This document shows, in pieces, positions 38,085 to 48,217 of a stretch of DNA of 64,000 bases (positions are counted from its first letter, which is position 1; each line of letters starts with the position of its first letter). The DNA comes from Gammaproteobacteria bacterium. GTDB taxonomy: Bacteria > Pseudomonadota > Gammaproteobacteria > Steroidobacterales > PWYM01. The translations under genes and the position numbers were made by a program. The notes below the pieces were generated by a model. The model did no database searches. It saw nothing but the letters and a program-made list of their open reading frames with translations, and had not been told where the DNA came from. The DNA lies in assembly GCA_007693855.1 (NCBI GenBank), contig RECU01000035.1, positions 11,600 through 75,599 on the forward strand. Direction: 5' to 3'.

Positions 38085-41000
38085 GTGCTGCACGTCTACC
38101 ATCACCACAGCCTCGCGCGCCTGGCGGAACTGCTCGGCGCGCTGATGCAGCGCTCGCGGGCCGGTTCGCCGCTGGTGCCCGAGCAGGTGATCGTGCCCAA
38201 CCGCGGGGTCGGACGCTGGCTGCAGGCCGAGCTCGCCGGCAGCGATGGCATCGCGGCCAATATCGAGTTTCCGCTGTTCGCTACGTTCACCTGGCAGACG
38301 CTGCAGCCTGCGCTGGGCCTCGCTCCGGTGCCGGAGGGCTGGTTCCGCGAGCGTCTGCGCTGGGAGCTGTTCGCGCTGCTGCCGACGATCGCGGCCGAGG
38401 TGCCGGCGGTGGCGCGCTACCTCGCCGGTGAGCCGCGGGAACTGGTCACCCTGCAGCTGGCCGAGCGGCTGGCCGACGTGTTCGACCAGTACCAGGTGTT
38501 TCGCGCCGATCTGATCGCGCAGTGGGACCGCGGGGGCGACGGGGGTGCCCAGCCGGCGGCGGCGTGGCAGGGTCAGGTGTGGCGGGCGTTACGGGCGCGC
38601 CTGGGCCCACGGCATCGCGCGCGGGTGCTGCGCGAGATGGTCACGCGGCTCACGACCGAGCCGCCGGCCGGGGTGGCCGGCAGTGGGCCGCTGTATGTCT
38701 TCGCCACCGCTGATCTGCCGCCCGACTATCTTCGCCTGCTCTACGCCCTGGGTCGCGCGCGTGAAATCCATCTGCTGCTGCCCAACCCCTCCGAGGTGTA
38801 CTGGGGCGATATCCGTGCCACGCGTCTCGCCTTGCGCGAGGCGCGTACGGCCCAGTTGCCGGTCGCCGAGCGCCGCGTGGCCGAGGGTCATCCGTTGCTG
38901 GCGGCGCTGGGACGGCCGCTGCGCGACTGTCTGCACCTGCTCTATGCCGACGAGCTCGCGGAGATCCAGGAGCCGGAACTCGGCCCCGCGCTGGCCTACG
39001 CGCCGCCGCAGGGTAACCGCCTGCTGCAGCGCCTGCAGCGCGGCATCATCACGCTGTCGGCGGTGCCTGAGGCCGTGCCTCCCGCGCCCGACGACGTTTC
39101 CATTCAGGTGCATGCCTGCCATGGGGTGCTGCGCGAGGTACAGGTGCTGCACGACCAGCTGCTCGACCTGCTGGCCGCCGATCCCGCGCTCATGCCGCGC
39201 GACATCCTGGTGGCGATGCCCGACCCGAGTCGTTATGGCCCGGCGATCCGCAGCGTCTTCGGCGGCGCCACCGGCCAGCGGCGTATTCCCTGGTCGCTGG
39301 CTGACCAGTCACGGCGCGCCGCCCACCCGCTGGTGCAGGCCGTGCGCGAGCTCTGCGAGCTGCCGCAGTCGCGCTGGCCGGCCTCCGAGGTGCTGGCCTT
39401 CGCGGCGGTGGCACCGGTGATGCGACGCTTCGGCCTGGACGAGAACGGCCTGCTCACCCTCACGCAGTGGCTGCAGGAGGCCGGCGTGCGCTGGGGGCTG
39501 GATGCCGATACCCGCGAGCGCCTCGGCGCCGGGCATTACGACGAGCACACCTGGGCGTTCGGGCTGGACCGCCTGCTGCTCGGCGCCATGCTCGATGACC
39601 CTGATGCGCTGGTGGACGACGTCTCGCCGTGGACGGGTCTCGAGGGTGGCGCGACCGTGCTGGCCGGGTCGCTGGCGCGCCTGCTGCAGGCGTTGGCCCG
39701 GTGGCAGCAGCTGCTGGCCGAGCCGCGTCCGGCGGGCGAGTGGCGCCACCATCTCAACGTCGCGCTGCAGACGTTTTTTGCCATCGACGAGGATGTGCGT
39801 GACGAGCGCGAGGCGCTGGCCGAAGTCCATGCGGCCCTGGGCGTGCTGGCGTTGGCCGACGCGACGCTTGGCGACATGCCGCTGGGCTGGCCGGTGGTGC
39901 GCGAGGTCCTGCTCGCGCAGCTGGGCCGGGCCGGCGAGCGCCAGCCGTATCTTTCCGGTGGCGTGACGTTCGCCGATCTGCGCAGCCTGGCAGGCGTGCC
40001 GTTTCGGGTGGTCTGCCTGTTGGGCATGAACGACGGCGAGTTCCCGCGCGAGGACCCGGGCACTGGCATCAACCTGGTGCTCGGCGAACATCGCCTTGGC
40101 GACCGGCGCAATCGCGATGAGGACCGTCTGGCTTTCCTGCAGTTGCTGCTGGCGGCGCGCGACGTGTTCTATGTCAGCTACGTCGGTTGTGACCTGCGCA
40201 GCGGCGAGACGCTCGAGCCCTCGACCACGCTCACCGAATGGCTGGAGTTCCTGCGCGAGCACCACTGCGCGGGGCTGTCAGCAGAAGCGTTTGCCGCGCG
40301 GTGGATCACCCGGCAGCCCATGCAGCCGTTCAGTCCGCGTTACTTCGCCGACCGCGCGTCGCATGAACGCGTCTTCACCTTTGCCGGCGGCTGGCGCGAT
40401 GGGGCTGCGGCCAGCGGAGGTCAGCGGGTGCTGCCGCCGGGCCTGGACGATGGCACGCGGGCCCCGGCGCCGGCCGAGGCCGCCATGACGCTCGAGGCCC
40501 TGCAGCGGTTTTACCGTGATCCGCCGGCGGCGTTCCTGCGCGAGCGCCTGGGACTGGCGCTCGGCGGGGAGGACGTGCATGGCGACGACGACGAGACCTT
40601 CACGCTCGAAGGTCTGGACGCCTGGAAGCTCCGCAGCGCCCTGCTGGCGCGCGCGGGTGCTGGCGAGAGGCCGTCCGAGTCGCCGCCGCGGGCCTGGCAG
40701 CGGCGGGCGCTGCTGCCGCCACCGCCGCTCGATGGGGCGGCCTGGCGCGAGGCGGTGCAGGCGGTCGTGGCCCTGCATACCCTGCAGCGGCACTGGCAGA
40801 CGCCTCGGCCAGAACCGATAGCGATCGATCTCACCTTGCCGGGCGGGCGTCGCCTGACCGGGCGGATCAGCGACTGGCGCCCGGGTGGCCTGCACCGGCT
40901 GCAGGTCGGACGGCTGAAAATGAAGCATCTGCTCGCCGGCTGGATCGATCTGCTCGCGCTGGTCGCGGCCGGTCATCAGGGGGCGCTGTTTGCCGCGGGG

Positions 41001-41468
41001 CTGTCGAAGGCGGGCGACCCCGAGACCTGCGTCCTGCGGGTGAGCGCTGCTGACGCGTTGCAGCTGCTCGGCAGTCTGGTCGAGTGGTATGAGGAGGGTC
41101 AGCAGGTCCCGCTGCTGTTTCATGCAGATCTCGCCGAGCGCTATGCGCGTGCGCTGCTCGAGGCGGCGCCTGAGGTCGATCCGGCGGCCGCCGAGCAGCG
41201 GGTCGAGGCGCATGGCGAGGCCGGCGCCGCTGCGCTGGCGGCGCTCAATGAATCCCTGCGTGCGGCTTCAGGCCAGTCACGCCAGCACGCACCAGCCGCG
41301 CTGAAGAACGCCTACTTTGTGAAACTGCTGCGGCCCGATCGGCCGCTGGGGGCGACGCCGGGCGAGACGGTATTCTGTGGCCTCAGCGCTGCCGTCTGTC
41401 TGCCCGTGCTGCTTCGCCAGCAGCCGTTGTCACTGACCGACGCGCTGTCGGGAGTCGTGCATGAATGA
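38085..41468 (+). CDS. recC: exodeoxyribonuclease V gamma subunit RecC
   Basis: 1127 aa from the GTG at 38085 ('VLHVYHHHSLARLAELL...VIVPNRGVGRWLQ', the RecC N-terminus). The track's upstream extension overlaps the preceding OMP gene. 8-nt overlap with recB. Confidence 0.9.
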   Translation: MLHVYHHHSLARLAELLGALMQRSRAGSPLVPEQVIVPNRGVGRWLQAELAGSDGIAANIEFPLFATFTWQTLQPALGLAPVPEGWFRERLRWELFALLPTIAAEVPAVARYLAGEPRELVTLQLAERLADVFDQYQVFRADLIAQWDRGGDGGAQPAAAWQGQVWRALRARLGPRHRARVLREMVTRLTTEPPAGVAGSGPLYVFATADLPPDYLRLLYALGRAREIHLLLPNPSEVYWGDIRATRLALREARTAQLPVAERRVAEGHPLLAALGRPLRDCLHLLYADELAEIQEPELGPALAYAPPQGNRLLQRLQRGIITLSAVPEAVPPAPDDVSIQVHACHGVLREVQVLHDQLLDLLAADPALMPRDILVAMPDPSRYGPAIRSVFGGATGQRRIPWSLADQSRRAAHPLVQAVRELCELPQSRWPASEVLAFAAVAPVMRRFGLDENGLLTLTQWLQEAGVRWGLDADTRERLGAGHYDEHTWAFGLDRLLLGAMLDDPDALVDDVSPWTGLEGGATVLAGSLARLLQALARWQQLLAEPRPAGEWRHHLNVALQTFFAIDEDVRDEREALAEVHAALGVLALADATLGDMPLGWPVVREVLLAQLGRAGERQPYLSGGVTFADLRSLAGVPFRVVCLLGMNDGEFPREDPGTGINLVLGEHRLGDRRNRDEDRLAFLQLLLAARDVFYVSYVGCDLRSGETLEPSTTLTEWLEFLREHHCAGLSAEAFAARWITRQPMQPFSPRYFADRASHERVFTFAGGWRDGAAASGGQRVLPPGLDDGTRAPAPAEAAMTLEALQRFYRDPPAAFLRERLGLALGGEDVHGDDDETFTLEGLDAWKLRSALLARAGAGERPSESPPRAWQRRALLPPPPLDGAAWREAVQAVVALHTLQRHWQTPRPEPIAIDLTLPGGRRLTGRISDWRPGGLHRLQVGRLKMKHLLAGWIDLLALVAAGHQGALFAAGLSKAGDPETCVLRVSAADALQLLGSLVEWYEEGQQVPLLFHADLAERYARALLEAAPEVDPAAAEQRVEAHGEAGAAALAALNESLRAASGQSRQHAPAALKNAYFVKLLRPDRPLGATPGETVFCGLSAAVCLPVLLRQQPLSLTDALSGVVHE

Positions 41469-44400
41469 CCACGACGCCGCCTGGTTGCCGCTGGCCGGGA
41501 TCAGCCTGGTCGAGGCCAGTGCCGGCACCGGCAAGACCTTCACCCTCGCGGGGCTTTACCTGCGCCTGCTGATCGAGCAGCAGCTGGACGTGCGCGAGGT
41601 GCTGGTGATGACCTTCACACGTGCGGCCACGCAGGAGCTGCGCGAGCGCATCCGCAGGCGGGTGACCGAGGCGGCCCGGCTTGCGGCGGATCCGGCGACG
41701 GCGCCGGAGAATGCCGAGTCGGCGTTCGCCCTGGCGGTGCTCGAGCGCAGCGACGAGCCCCGTGACCGCCTGGCCGCGCGGCTGCGCGAGGCGGCGGTGC
41801 GCATGGATGAGGCGACCATCGTTACCCTCCACGGCTTTGCCGGCCGGGCGTTGCAGGAGCACGCCTTCGAGGGGGGGGTCGCATTCGACCGCGGCGAGCA
41901 GGTCGACGAGCGCGGCTTGCTTGATGAGGCGGCGGCCGACTGGTGGCGTCGGCAGGTGTTCGGCGGCGATCGGGCGTTGGCCGAACGCGTGCAGGCGCTC
42001 TGGCCAACGCCCGATCGCCTGGCGAAGGGGCTGGGCGAGCTGCTGACACGGCCGTGGGTGCGACTCGCCGGTCCGGATCTGGCGGCCATCGAGGCCGCCC
42101 GTGAGACGGCCGTCGCCGAGTGGATGGCGCATCGCGAGGCGCTGCGGGACTGGCTGCTCGCGGTCGAGGCGGCCGATGGGTTCTACGGCGGGCGAGGGCT
42201 GGCGAAGCGGGTTGCCGAGTCCGGCGGCGCCGCTGCCATGTTCGTCGAGATCGATGCGCATGTGCGCCGCCATGAGGCCGCGAGCAGCCTCGAGGCACTC
42301 GACCTGCTGGGCGCGTCGCGCCGCGACGGTCAACTCAAGGGACCGGCCAAGAAAGCCGGCCTGCCGCCGGCCGTTGCACGTGCCGTCGACGCCGTGCTGG
42401 CCTCGGCGGTCTGCGCGCCACTGGCGCAGTGGCAGCGCGCTCGCGAGGAGGTCGGTGCGCTGTTGGCGCGGCGCAAGCGCGAGCGGCGGGTGTACACCTT
42501 CGCCGATCTGGTGGAGTCGCTGCATGCGGCGCTCCTCGACCCGGCGCATGGCCCCGCGCTGGCCGAAGCGCTGGCGCGACGCTGGCCGTTTGCGCTGGTC
42601 GACGAGTTCCAGGATACCGATCCGCTGCAGTACGCCATGCTCCGGACGATCTACGCCGGCCGGGAGGGCGCCGGCATGGTGATGATCGGTGATCCGAAAC
42701 AGGCCATTTACGGCTTCCGTGGTGGCGATGTGTTCGCCTATCTGTCGGCTGCCCGGGATGCCACCGAGCAGCGCGGCCTGAGTACCAATTACCGCTCGAC
42801 GGCCGCCGTGCTGCAGGCCATCGAGACCCTGTTCACGGCAACGCCGGGTGCTTTCCTGGTGCCCGGCATCGAGTTCGTGCCGGTGCTGGCCGGGCGCCAG
42901 GCGGGGGACCGGCGGATCGAGTTTGACGGCGAACCGCTGCCCGCGCTGCAGTTCTGGCGCCTGGCCGAGACGGCAGCGGAGGCCGAGGCCGACACGCTGC
43001 CGAAGGTGGACACCGTGCGTGAGCAGCTCGCCGTGGCGACTGTCGCCGAGGTGGCGCGGCTGCTCGATCCGGCGGAGGGCGCCCAGGTCATCGACGCACA
43101 GGGGGCGTGTGCGCTGGCCCCGGCCGATGTCTGTCTGCTGGTCAACAACAACGCCGAGGCGGCCGATCTGCAGCGGCGCCTGGCGGCCACCGGCATCCCG
43201 GCGGTCTGCCTGCAGCAGGCCAGCCTGTTCGCCAGCACGCAGGCCGCGGACATGCAGGCTGTGCTGGCCGCCGCCGCCACCCCGGCCGATGCCCAGCGGA
43301 TCCGCAGTGCACTGGCAGGCGAGCTGTTCGGCCTGCGGCTGGGTGACCTGGCGGCGCTCGAACACGACGACGACGCGTGGCAGCACTGGGTCGACCGGCT
43401 GCAGCAGGCCCATGAGCGCTGGCTGAGCGACGGGGTCCTGGCGATGCTCGAGCCGCTGCTGCAGGCGGCGGCCCCCCGCCTGCTGGGACTGGTCGATGGC
43501 GAGCGGCGGCTGACCAACTGGCTGCATCTGGCCGAGTCGCTGCAGGCGGCCGAGGCCGCGTGTTTCGGGCCGGCCGGATTGCAACGCTGGCTGGCCGGTC
43601 AGCGCGCGCATGCCGGTGACGGGGCGCCAGGGGACGAGGCCCAGCTTCGCCTGGAGAGTGACGAGGCGCTGGTGCGCATTGCCACCGTGCATGCCGTCAA
43701 GGGCCTGCAGTTTCCGGTGGTGATCCTGCCGTATGCCCCCTTTCTCGGGACCGGCGGGGGCGCCCCGGGCACACCGCCGGTGCGCTGGCACGAGGAAGAT
43801 GGTGGGGAGTGGTTGGCGCCAGGCCCGCAGGTCGAGGCGACCCATCAGGGCCAGGCGATCCGCGAGCGCCGTGCTGAAGGGGTGCGTCTGCTCTATGTCG
43901 CGCTGACCCGGGCCGAGCAGGCGATCATGCTGCCCTGGTGCCGCGCCAACGGCGCCCAGAACTCGGCCTTGGGCTGGGTACTGCACGCCGCCGATGGCGC
44001 GCCGGGCGAGCGCTGGGCGATGGCGCGCACCGCGCCGGACTGGTTCACGCCGGCGTCCGTGGCCGCCCGTCTGGCGGCGCTGGAACAGGCGGGGGGCGGC
44101 AGCATCCGGGTCCGCGAGCTTCCGGCGACCCTGACGCCGCCGCGTCGCCTGGCGCGCGTGATGGTTGCGCCGGGGCCGGCCCGCGATGATTTCCCGGCAG
44201 CGCGCCCGTCCTGGCGGATGCTCTCCTACTCGGCCCTGCTGCGCGGCGAGAGCACGGCGGCGCCCGAATCTGGCGGTCGCGACGACGAGTCCGGCCCGCT
44301 CGCGGCAGCCACGGAGGATCTCGAGCCCCTGGCGCGCACGGCAGCCGTCGCGGCCAGTGACGACCTGATCCCGGACGAGCCGGCCCTTGCCGGCCTGGGT

Positions 44401-45138
44401 GGGAGCGCCTTCGGCTCGGCCGTGCACGATCTGCTCGAACACGTGGCCTTTGCCGACTGGCCGGCGCCGGGGCAGGCGCCGTCGCCTGCCGAGCGGCGAC
44501 AGGTGGGTGAGCAGTTGCAGGGCCAGGGCCTGGCGCTGGCCGGCGGGATCACTGGCGAGCGCCAGCTCGCCGCGGTGGCCGGTCTGGTGTCGCGCTGCCT
44601 GCACACGCCGCTGCCCGAGATCGGCGCCCTGGCGGCGGTGCCGCCAGCCAGCCGGCTGGCCGAGATGGGCTTCGTGATGCGCCTGGGCGGGCAGTCACCG
44701 GCGCCTGTCAGCACGCTGTTGCAGCAGCATGGCTATACCGCGCTGCCGGCGGGTGCCCGCGCAGCGGGCACCCTGCAGGGGCTGATGCAGGGCTTCATCG
44801 ACCTGGTGGTCGAGCAGGCTGGCCGCTACTGGGTGATCGATTACAAGACCAACCGGCTCGGCCCGGCCGCGGTCGACTATGCGCCAGCGCGTCTCGCCGA
44901 GGCCGTGCGGCGCGGGCACTATGATCTCCAGTACCTGATCTACCTCGTGGCCCTGCATCGCCATCTGCGGCTGCGGCTGCCCCGCTACCGACCCGAACAG
45001 CACCTGGGGGGTGCCCAGTATCTGTTCCTGCGGGGCATGAACGGCCGTGATGCGGCCACCGGCGTGTTTGTCGACCGACCCGCCGTGTCGCTGATCGAAG
45101 CACTGGATCGACTGTTCGACGGAGCGCCCGCGGCATGA
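41461..45138 (+). CDS. recB: exodeoxyribonuclease V beta subunit RecB (UvrD-like helicase with C-terminal nuclease)
   Basis: 1225 aa. Walker A 'EASAGTGKTFT', 'VDEFQDTDP', 'TVHAVKGLQFPVV', and the C-terminal PD-(D/E)xK region 'GFIDLVVEQAGRYWVIDYKTN'. Confidence 0.95.
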   Translation: MNDHDAAWLPLAGISLVEASAGTGKTFTLAGLYLRLLIEQQLDVREVLVMTFTRAATQELRERIRRRVTEAARLAADPATAPENAESAFALAVLERSDEPRDRLAARLREAAVRMDEATIVTLHGFAGRALQEHAFEGGVAFDRGEQVDERGLLDEAAADWWRRQVFGGDRALAERVQALWPTPDRLAKGLGELLTRPWVRLAGPDLAAIEAARETAVAEWMAHREALRDWLLAVEAADGFYGGRGLAKRVAESGGAAAMFVEIDAHVRRHEAASSLEALDLLGASRRDGQLKGPAKKAGLPPAVARAVDAVLASAVCAPLAQWQRAREEVGALLARRKRERRVYTFADLVESLHAALLDPAHGPALAEALARRWPFALVDEFQDTDPLQYAMLRTIYAGREGAGMVMIGDPKQAIYGFRGGDVFAYLSAARDATEQRGLSTNYRSTAAVLQAIETLFTATPGAFLVPGIEFVPVLAGRQAGDRRIEFDGEPLPALQFWRLAETAAEAEADTLPKVDTVREQLAVATVAEVARLLDPAEGAQVIDAQGACALAPADVCLLVNNNAEAADLQRRLAATGIPAVCLQQASLFASTQAADMQAVLAAAATPADAQRIRSALAGELFGLRLGDLAALEHDDDAWQHWVDRLQQAHERWLSDGVLAMLEPLLQAAAPRLLGLVDGERRLTNWLHLAESLQAAEAACFGPAGLQRWLAGQRAHAGDGAPGDEAQLRLESDEALVRIATVHAVKGLQFPVVILPYAPFLGTGGGAPGTPPVRWHEEDGGEWLAPGPQVEATHQGQAIRERRAEGVRLLYVALTRAEQAIMLPWCRANGAQNSALGWVLHAADGAPGERWAMARTAPDWFTPASVAARLAALEQAGGGSIRVRELPATLTPPRRLARVMVAPGPARDDFPAARPSWRMLSYSALLRGESTAAPESGGRDDESGPLAAATEDLEPLARTAAVAASDDLIPDEPALAGLGGSAFGSAVHDLLEHVAFADWPAPGQAPSPAERRQVGEQLQGQGLALAGGITGERQLAAVAGLVSRCLHTPLPEIGALAAVPPASRLAEMGFVMRLGGQSPAPVSTLLQQHGYTALPAGARAAGTLQGLMQGFIDLVVEQAGRYWVIDYKTNRLGPAAVDYAPARLAEAVRRGHYDLQYLIYLVALHRHLRLRLPRYRPEQHLGGAQYLFLRGMNGRDAATGVFVDRPAVSLIEALDRLFDGAPAA

Positions 45139-46973
45139 CACTGCTGGTCACCGGCCACGACGGCTTCCGGGGCCGACTCGAGGCGGCGTTCGGCCGGGGC
45201 CAGCTGCAGGCGATCGACCTGGCGCTGGCGGACTGGGCGCTGCGCCACGGTGCGAGCACGGAGGTGGCGCTGGCCTTTGCGCTGGTCAACCAGGCAACTG
45301 CAGGGGGACATGCCTGCCTGGAAGTCGCCGAGCTGGCCCCGGCGATTCCGGGCGAGGCGCCATGCTGCAGCGCCGAGGCGTTCGTCGCCGCGCTGGTTGC
45401 GAGTCCGCTGGTCGGGACGCCGGGCGCCGCGTGTCCGCTGATCCTGGACGGTCCGCGCCTGTACCTGCACCGCTACTGGCGCTATGAGACACGCCTGGCG
45501 GCCCGGCTGCAGGCGCTGCTCTCGGCGCCCCCGCAGCCGCTGGACCCGGCCGTGCTCGGCCCTGCGGGCGGCCTGTTCGATCGCCGTCGCCTGGCGCCGG
45601 GGGAGACCCACTGGCAGGCGGTGGCTGCGGCCGTGGCGCTGCGACATCGGCTGGCGGTGATCTCGGGCGGGCCGGGCACGGGCAAGACCTATACCGTGCT
45701 GCGCCTGGTGTACCTGCTGACCGAGGCGGCGGCCGCCGCCGGACGACCGCCGCCGGTGGTCGCGCTGGCCGCACCGACCGGCAAGGCCGCGGCGCGCATG
45801 ATGCAGTCGATCCGGGACGGCCTGGACGGCCTGGCCGCGTTGCCCGGTGCCGCGCGCCTGGCCGCTGTGCTGCCGGCCTCGGCGATGACCCTGCATCGGC
45901 TGCTCGGGCTGGGGTTGCAGGGCACGCGGCCCCGCCATGATGCGGACACTCCGCTGCCCGCCGACGCGGTGATCGTCGACGAGGCCTCGATGGTCGACCT
46001 GCCGATGATGGCGAAGCTGCTCGATGCGCTGGCGCCCGAGGCCCGTCTCGTGCTGCTCGGTGATCGCTTCCAGCTGGCGGCGGTGGAATCGGGCTCGGTG
46101 CTGGCCGAGCTCTGCGCGCTGGCCGGGCGTAACCGTTTCTCCGCGGCGCAGCATGCCGCGTTCGCACCGCTGCTGGGCGAGGACACGCCGCCGGCCACGC
46201 CGCCCGGCGCGCCGCCCCTGGCCGATCACGTGGTCACGCTGGAGCAGAGCCATCGGTTCCAGGCCGACAGTCCCATCGGGCGCTTCGCCGAGGCGGTCAA
46301 CGCCGGCGACGCCGAGCGCGCGCTCGCGCTGGCCGACGACGACCCGGCCACGCTCACCTTGTCCGCGGGGCCGGCGCCAGACCTCGCAGCACTGGCCATG
46401 CAGCTGGCCGAGGCCTACTCGCCGCTGCTCGAGGCGGTGGCGCCGGAAGAGGCGCTGGCCCTGCTCGAGCGGCTGCGCCTGCTGTGTGCCACACGGGTGG
46501 GGCCGGCCGGCGTCACGGCCATGAACCGGCGGATTCGCGAGGTGCTGGACGCGCGTCACGACCTCGATCCCGATCGACAGTGGTTCCACGGCCGCCCGGT
46601 GATCGTGCTGCGCAACGACTATCGTGCCGGCCTGTTCAACGGCGACACCGGGGTCTGCCTGGCCGACGCCGGCGGACGCTTCCGCGTGTGGTTTCCGGGC
46701 GAGCACTCGGTGCGCGCACTGCTGCCCACATCGATTCCCGAGCACGAGACGGTGTTCGCGATGAGCGTGCACAAGAGCCAGGGCTCGGAGTTCGACGAGG
46801 TGCACCTGCTGCTGCCGGAGACCGACAGCCCGGTGCTCAGCCGCGAGCTGGTCTATACCGGCGCGACCCGCGCGCGTGAGCGCCTGCGGGTGCATGCCAC
46901 GCCCGAGGTGCTGCGCGCGGCGATCGCCCGGCGTGTCGAGCGGCGCTCCGGGCTCGGCACGCGGCTGGGCTGA
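45135..46973 (+). CDS. recD: exodeoxyribonuclease V alpha subunit RecD
   Basis: 612 aa with 'VISGGPGTGKTYTV', 'VIVDEASMVD' and 'MSVHKSQGSEFDEV'. ATGA overlap with recB. Confidence 0.9.
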   Translation: MTLLVTGHDGFRGRLEAAFGRGQLQAIDLALADWALRHGASTEVALAFALVNQATAGGHACLEVAELAPAIPGEAPCCSAEAFVAALVASPLVGTPGAACPLILDGPRLYLHRYWRYETRLAARLQALLSAPPQPLDPAVLGPAGGLFDRRRLAPGETHWQAVAAAVALRHRLAVISGGPGTGKTYTVLRLVYLLTEAAAAAGRPPPVVALAAPTGKAAARMMQSIRDGLDGLAALPGAARLAAVLPASAMTLHRLLGLGLQGTRPRHDADTPLPADAVIVDEASMVDLPMMAKLLDALAPEARLVLLGDRFQLAAVESGSVLAELCALAGRNRFSAAQHAAFAPLLGEDTPPATPPGAPPLADHVVTLEQSHRFQADSPIGRFAEAVNAGDAERALALADDDPATLTLSAGPAPDLAALAMQLAEAYSPLLEAVAPEEALALLERLRLLCATRVGPAGVTAMNRRIREVLDARHDLDPDRQWFHGRPVIVLRNDYRAGLFNGDTGVCLADAGGRFRVWFPGEHSVRALLPTSIPEHETVFAMSVHKSQGSEFDEVHLLLPETDSPVLSRELVYTGATRARERLRVHATPEVLRAAIARRVERRSGLGTRLG

Positions 46974-46982
46974 TCGCGTTGA

Positions 46983-48050
46983 TCAGTCGACGGTGCCGGG
47001 CGGCGCTTCGGGCGCGCGACGAGGATGGGCGGTCGTGAGATACACGGCGAAGCTCGCCAGCCAGTGTGCGCCCGCGTAGTGCAGACCGGTGATGGCCGCC
47101 AGCCCGGCGTTCGCGTGGGCCTGCGCGCGTTCCAGCAAGTGCTCGCGTCGCCGGTCCCCCGGGGGCAGGGCGGCTGCGATCGCCTCCAGCATCCAGGCGC
47201 GCGACAGGTTCAAGCCATCGAGATGTGCCAGCTTGCCGTCCGTCCGGTCGCTGGTCTCGGCCACCGGCAACCAGTCGGGCTGACCGAGGGTGGGCAGGAA
47301 GTCGTCCAGCCATTCGGCGAAGGCTCGGGGCTCCAGCACCCGGCGCATGAGGTCGGCCACGCCCAGGCAGGGCGAGAGGAAATCGTGGCCGGAGGGCTCG
47401 AAGGCGAGCGGGGCGTTGCGCTCCTTCGCATGCAGGCGCAGGGCGGTCTGCTCGATCACGGCCAGCATGGTCCTATCGTCCACCGTGCTTGCATAGTCGT
47501 GGATCAGTCCGAAGGCAAATGCGCTCTGCGAGTGCTCGCCGCTGCGCACGGGATAGCGCAGCTTTGGAATCCACTGGTGCAGCCGTTGCAGGGCGATGCG
47601 CTCGAGCGGCACCAGCCAGGTCCGCCACTGTCTTGCACGCTTTACGTCCCAGGTATGCAGTTCAGCAGTCAATTGCAGCAACCACGCCAGCCCGTAGGGC
47701 CGTTCGAAGCCGTGTCGCGCCGGGTGTGCCAGGTAGGCAGCCTCGGCCTGCAGATTGTTCTCCGTGAGTGTGCGTGACATCGCGGCGAGCGCCTGCTCCG
47801 CGAACGCCTGGTCGGGGAACCGCCGGACGAGCCGCATGAGCATCCAGTGGCCATGGACGGCGGAGTGCCAGTCGTAGCAGCCGTAAAACGCCGGCGTGAG
47901 GCGGCGTGGCGGCGCGAGGTCGGCATCGCCGGTCATCACATGGGCAATCTGGCTGGGATACTCACGCTCGATACAGGCGAGGGCGAGTGCCGCGAAGCGT
48001 GCGGCCAGGGTCGCGTCCGGGCAGGGTGGTTGGGCCGTCTGGTCTGACAT
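46983..48050 (-). CDS. DUF2891 domain protein
   Basis: 355 aa from the ATG at 48050. 'CIEREYPSQIAHVMTGDADLAPPRRLTPAFYGCYDWHSAVHGHWMLMRL' is a DUF2891-type motif. Confidence 0.7.
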   Translation of the reverse strand: MSDQTAQPPCPDATLAARFAALALACIEREYPSQIAHVMTGDADLAPPRRLTPAFYGCYDWHSAVHGHWMLMRLVRRFPDQAFAEQALAAMSRTLTENNLQAEAAYLAHPARHGFERPYGLAWLLQLTAELHTWDVKRARQWRTWLVPLERIALQRLHQWIPKLRYPVRSGEHSQSAFAFGLIHDYASTVDDRTMLAVIEQTALRLHAKERNAPLAFEPSGHDFLSPCLGVADLMRRVLEPRAFAEWLDDFLPTLGQPDWLPVAETSDRTDGKLAHLDGLNLSRAWMLEAIAAALPPGDRRREHLLERAQAHANAGLAAITGLHYAGAHWLASFAVYLTTAHPRRAPEAPPGTVD

Positions 48051-48217
48051 CGCCACGATCTTGCTCCGGCCGGGCGTGCAAGTCCAAGGCTTGGCGCATG
48101 CGACACCGATCAAGGCTGCAACGCCGGTCCCGACGCGCCAGCACAGCCGCCCTCGCGCGCGCCGGATCATGCCGATCAGTATAATCAAGCCACTCCCTTC
48201 GCTTGACAGGTCTCCTC

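Noticed and set aside
41383-44604. Very long antisense or alternate-frame ORFs. Examples are 41383-44604 (1073 aa), 44985-46895, 48185-50110, 28183-29628, 16476-18452, 8154-9380, 9329-10669, 21742-22965 and 23305-24669.
   Set aside because: Their translations are dominated by Arg, Gly, Pro and Ala with no motifs. Each lies opposite or out of frame to a gene with clear family signatures. This is the expected stop-codon-poor artefact of very GC-rich DNA.
38085-46973. recCBD considered as part of a defence or novel nuclease system.
   Set aside because: The order, sizes, overlaps and motifs are those of standard housekeeping RecBCD, and no accessory defence genes flank it.
48180-48185. A perfect TATAAT hexamer upstream of the large amidohydrolase gene.
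   Set aside because: No acceptable -35 element lies 16-18 nt upstream (that region reads GCGCGC). It may still be a -10 element, but I cannot support a promoter call from sequence alone.
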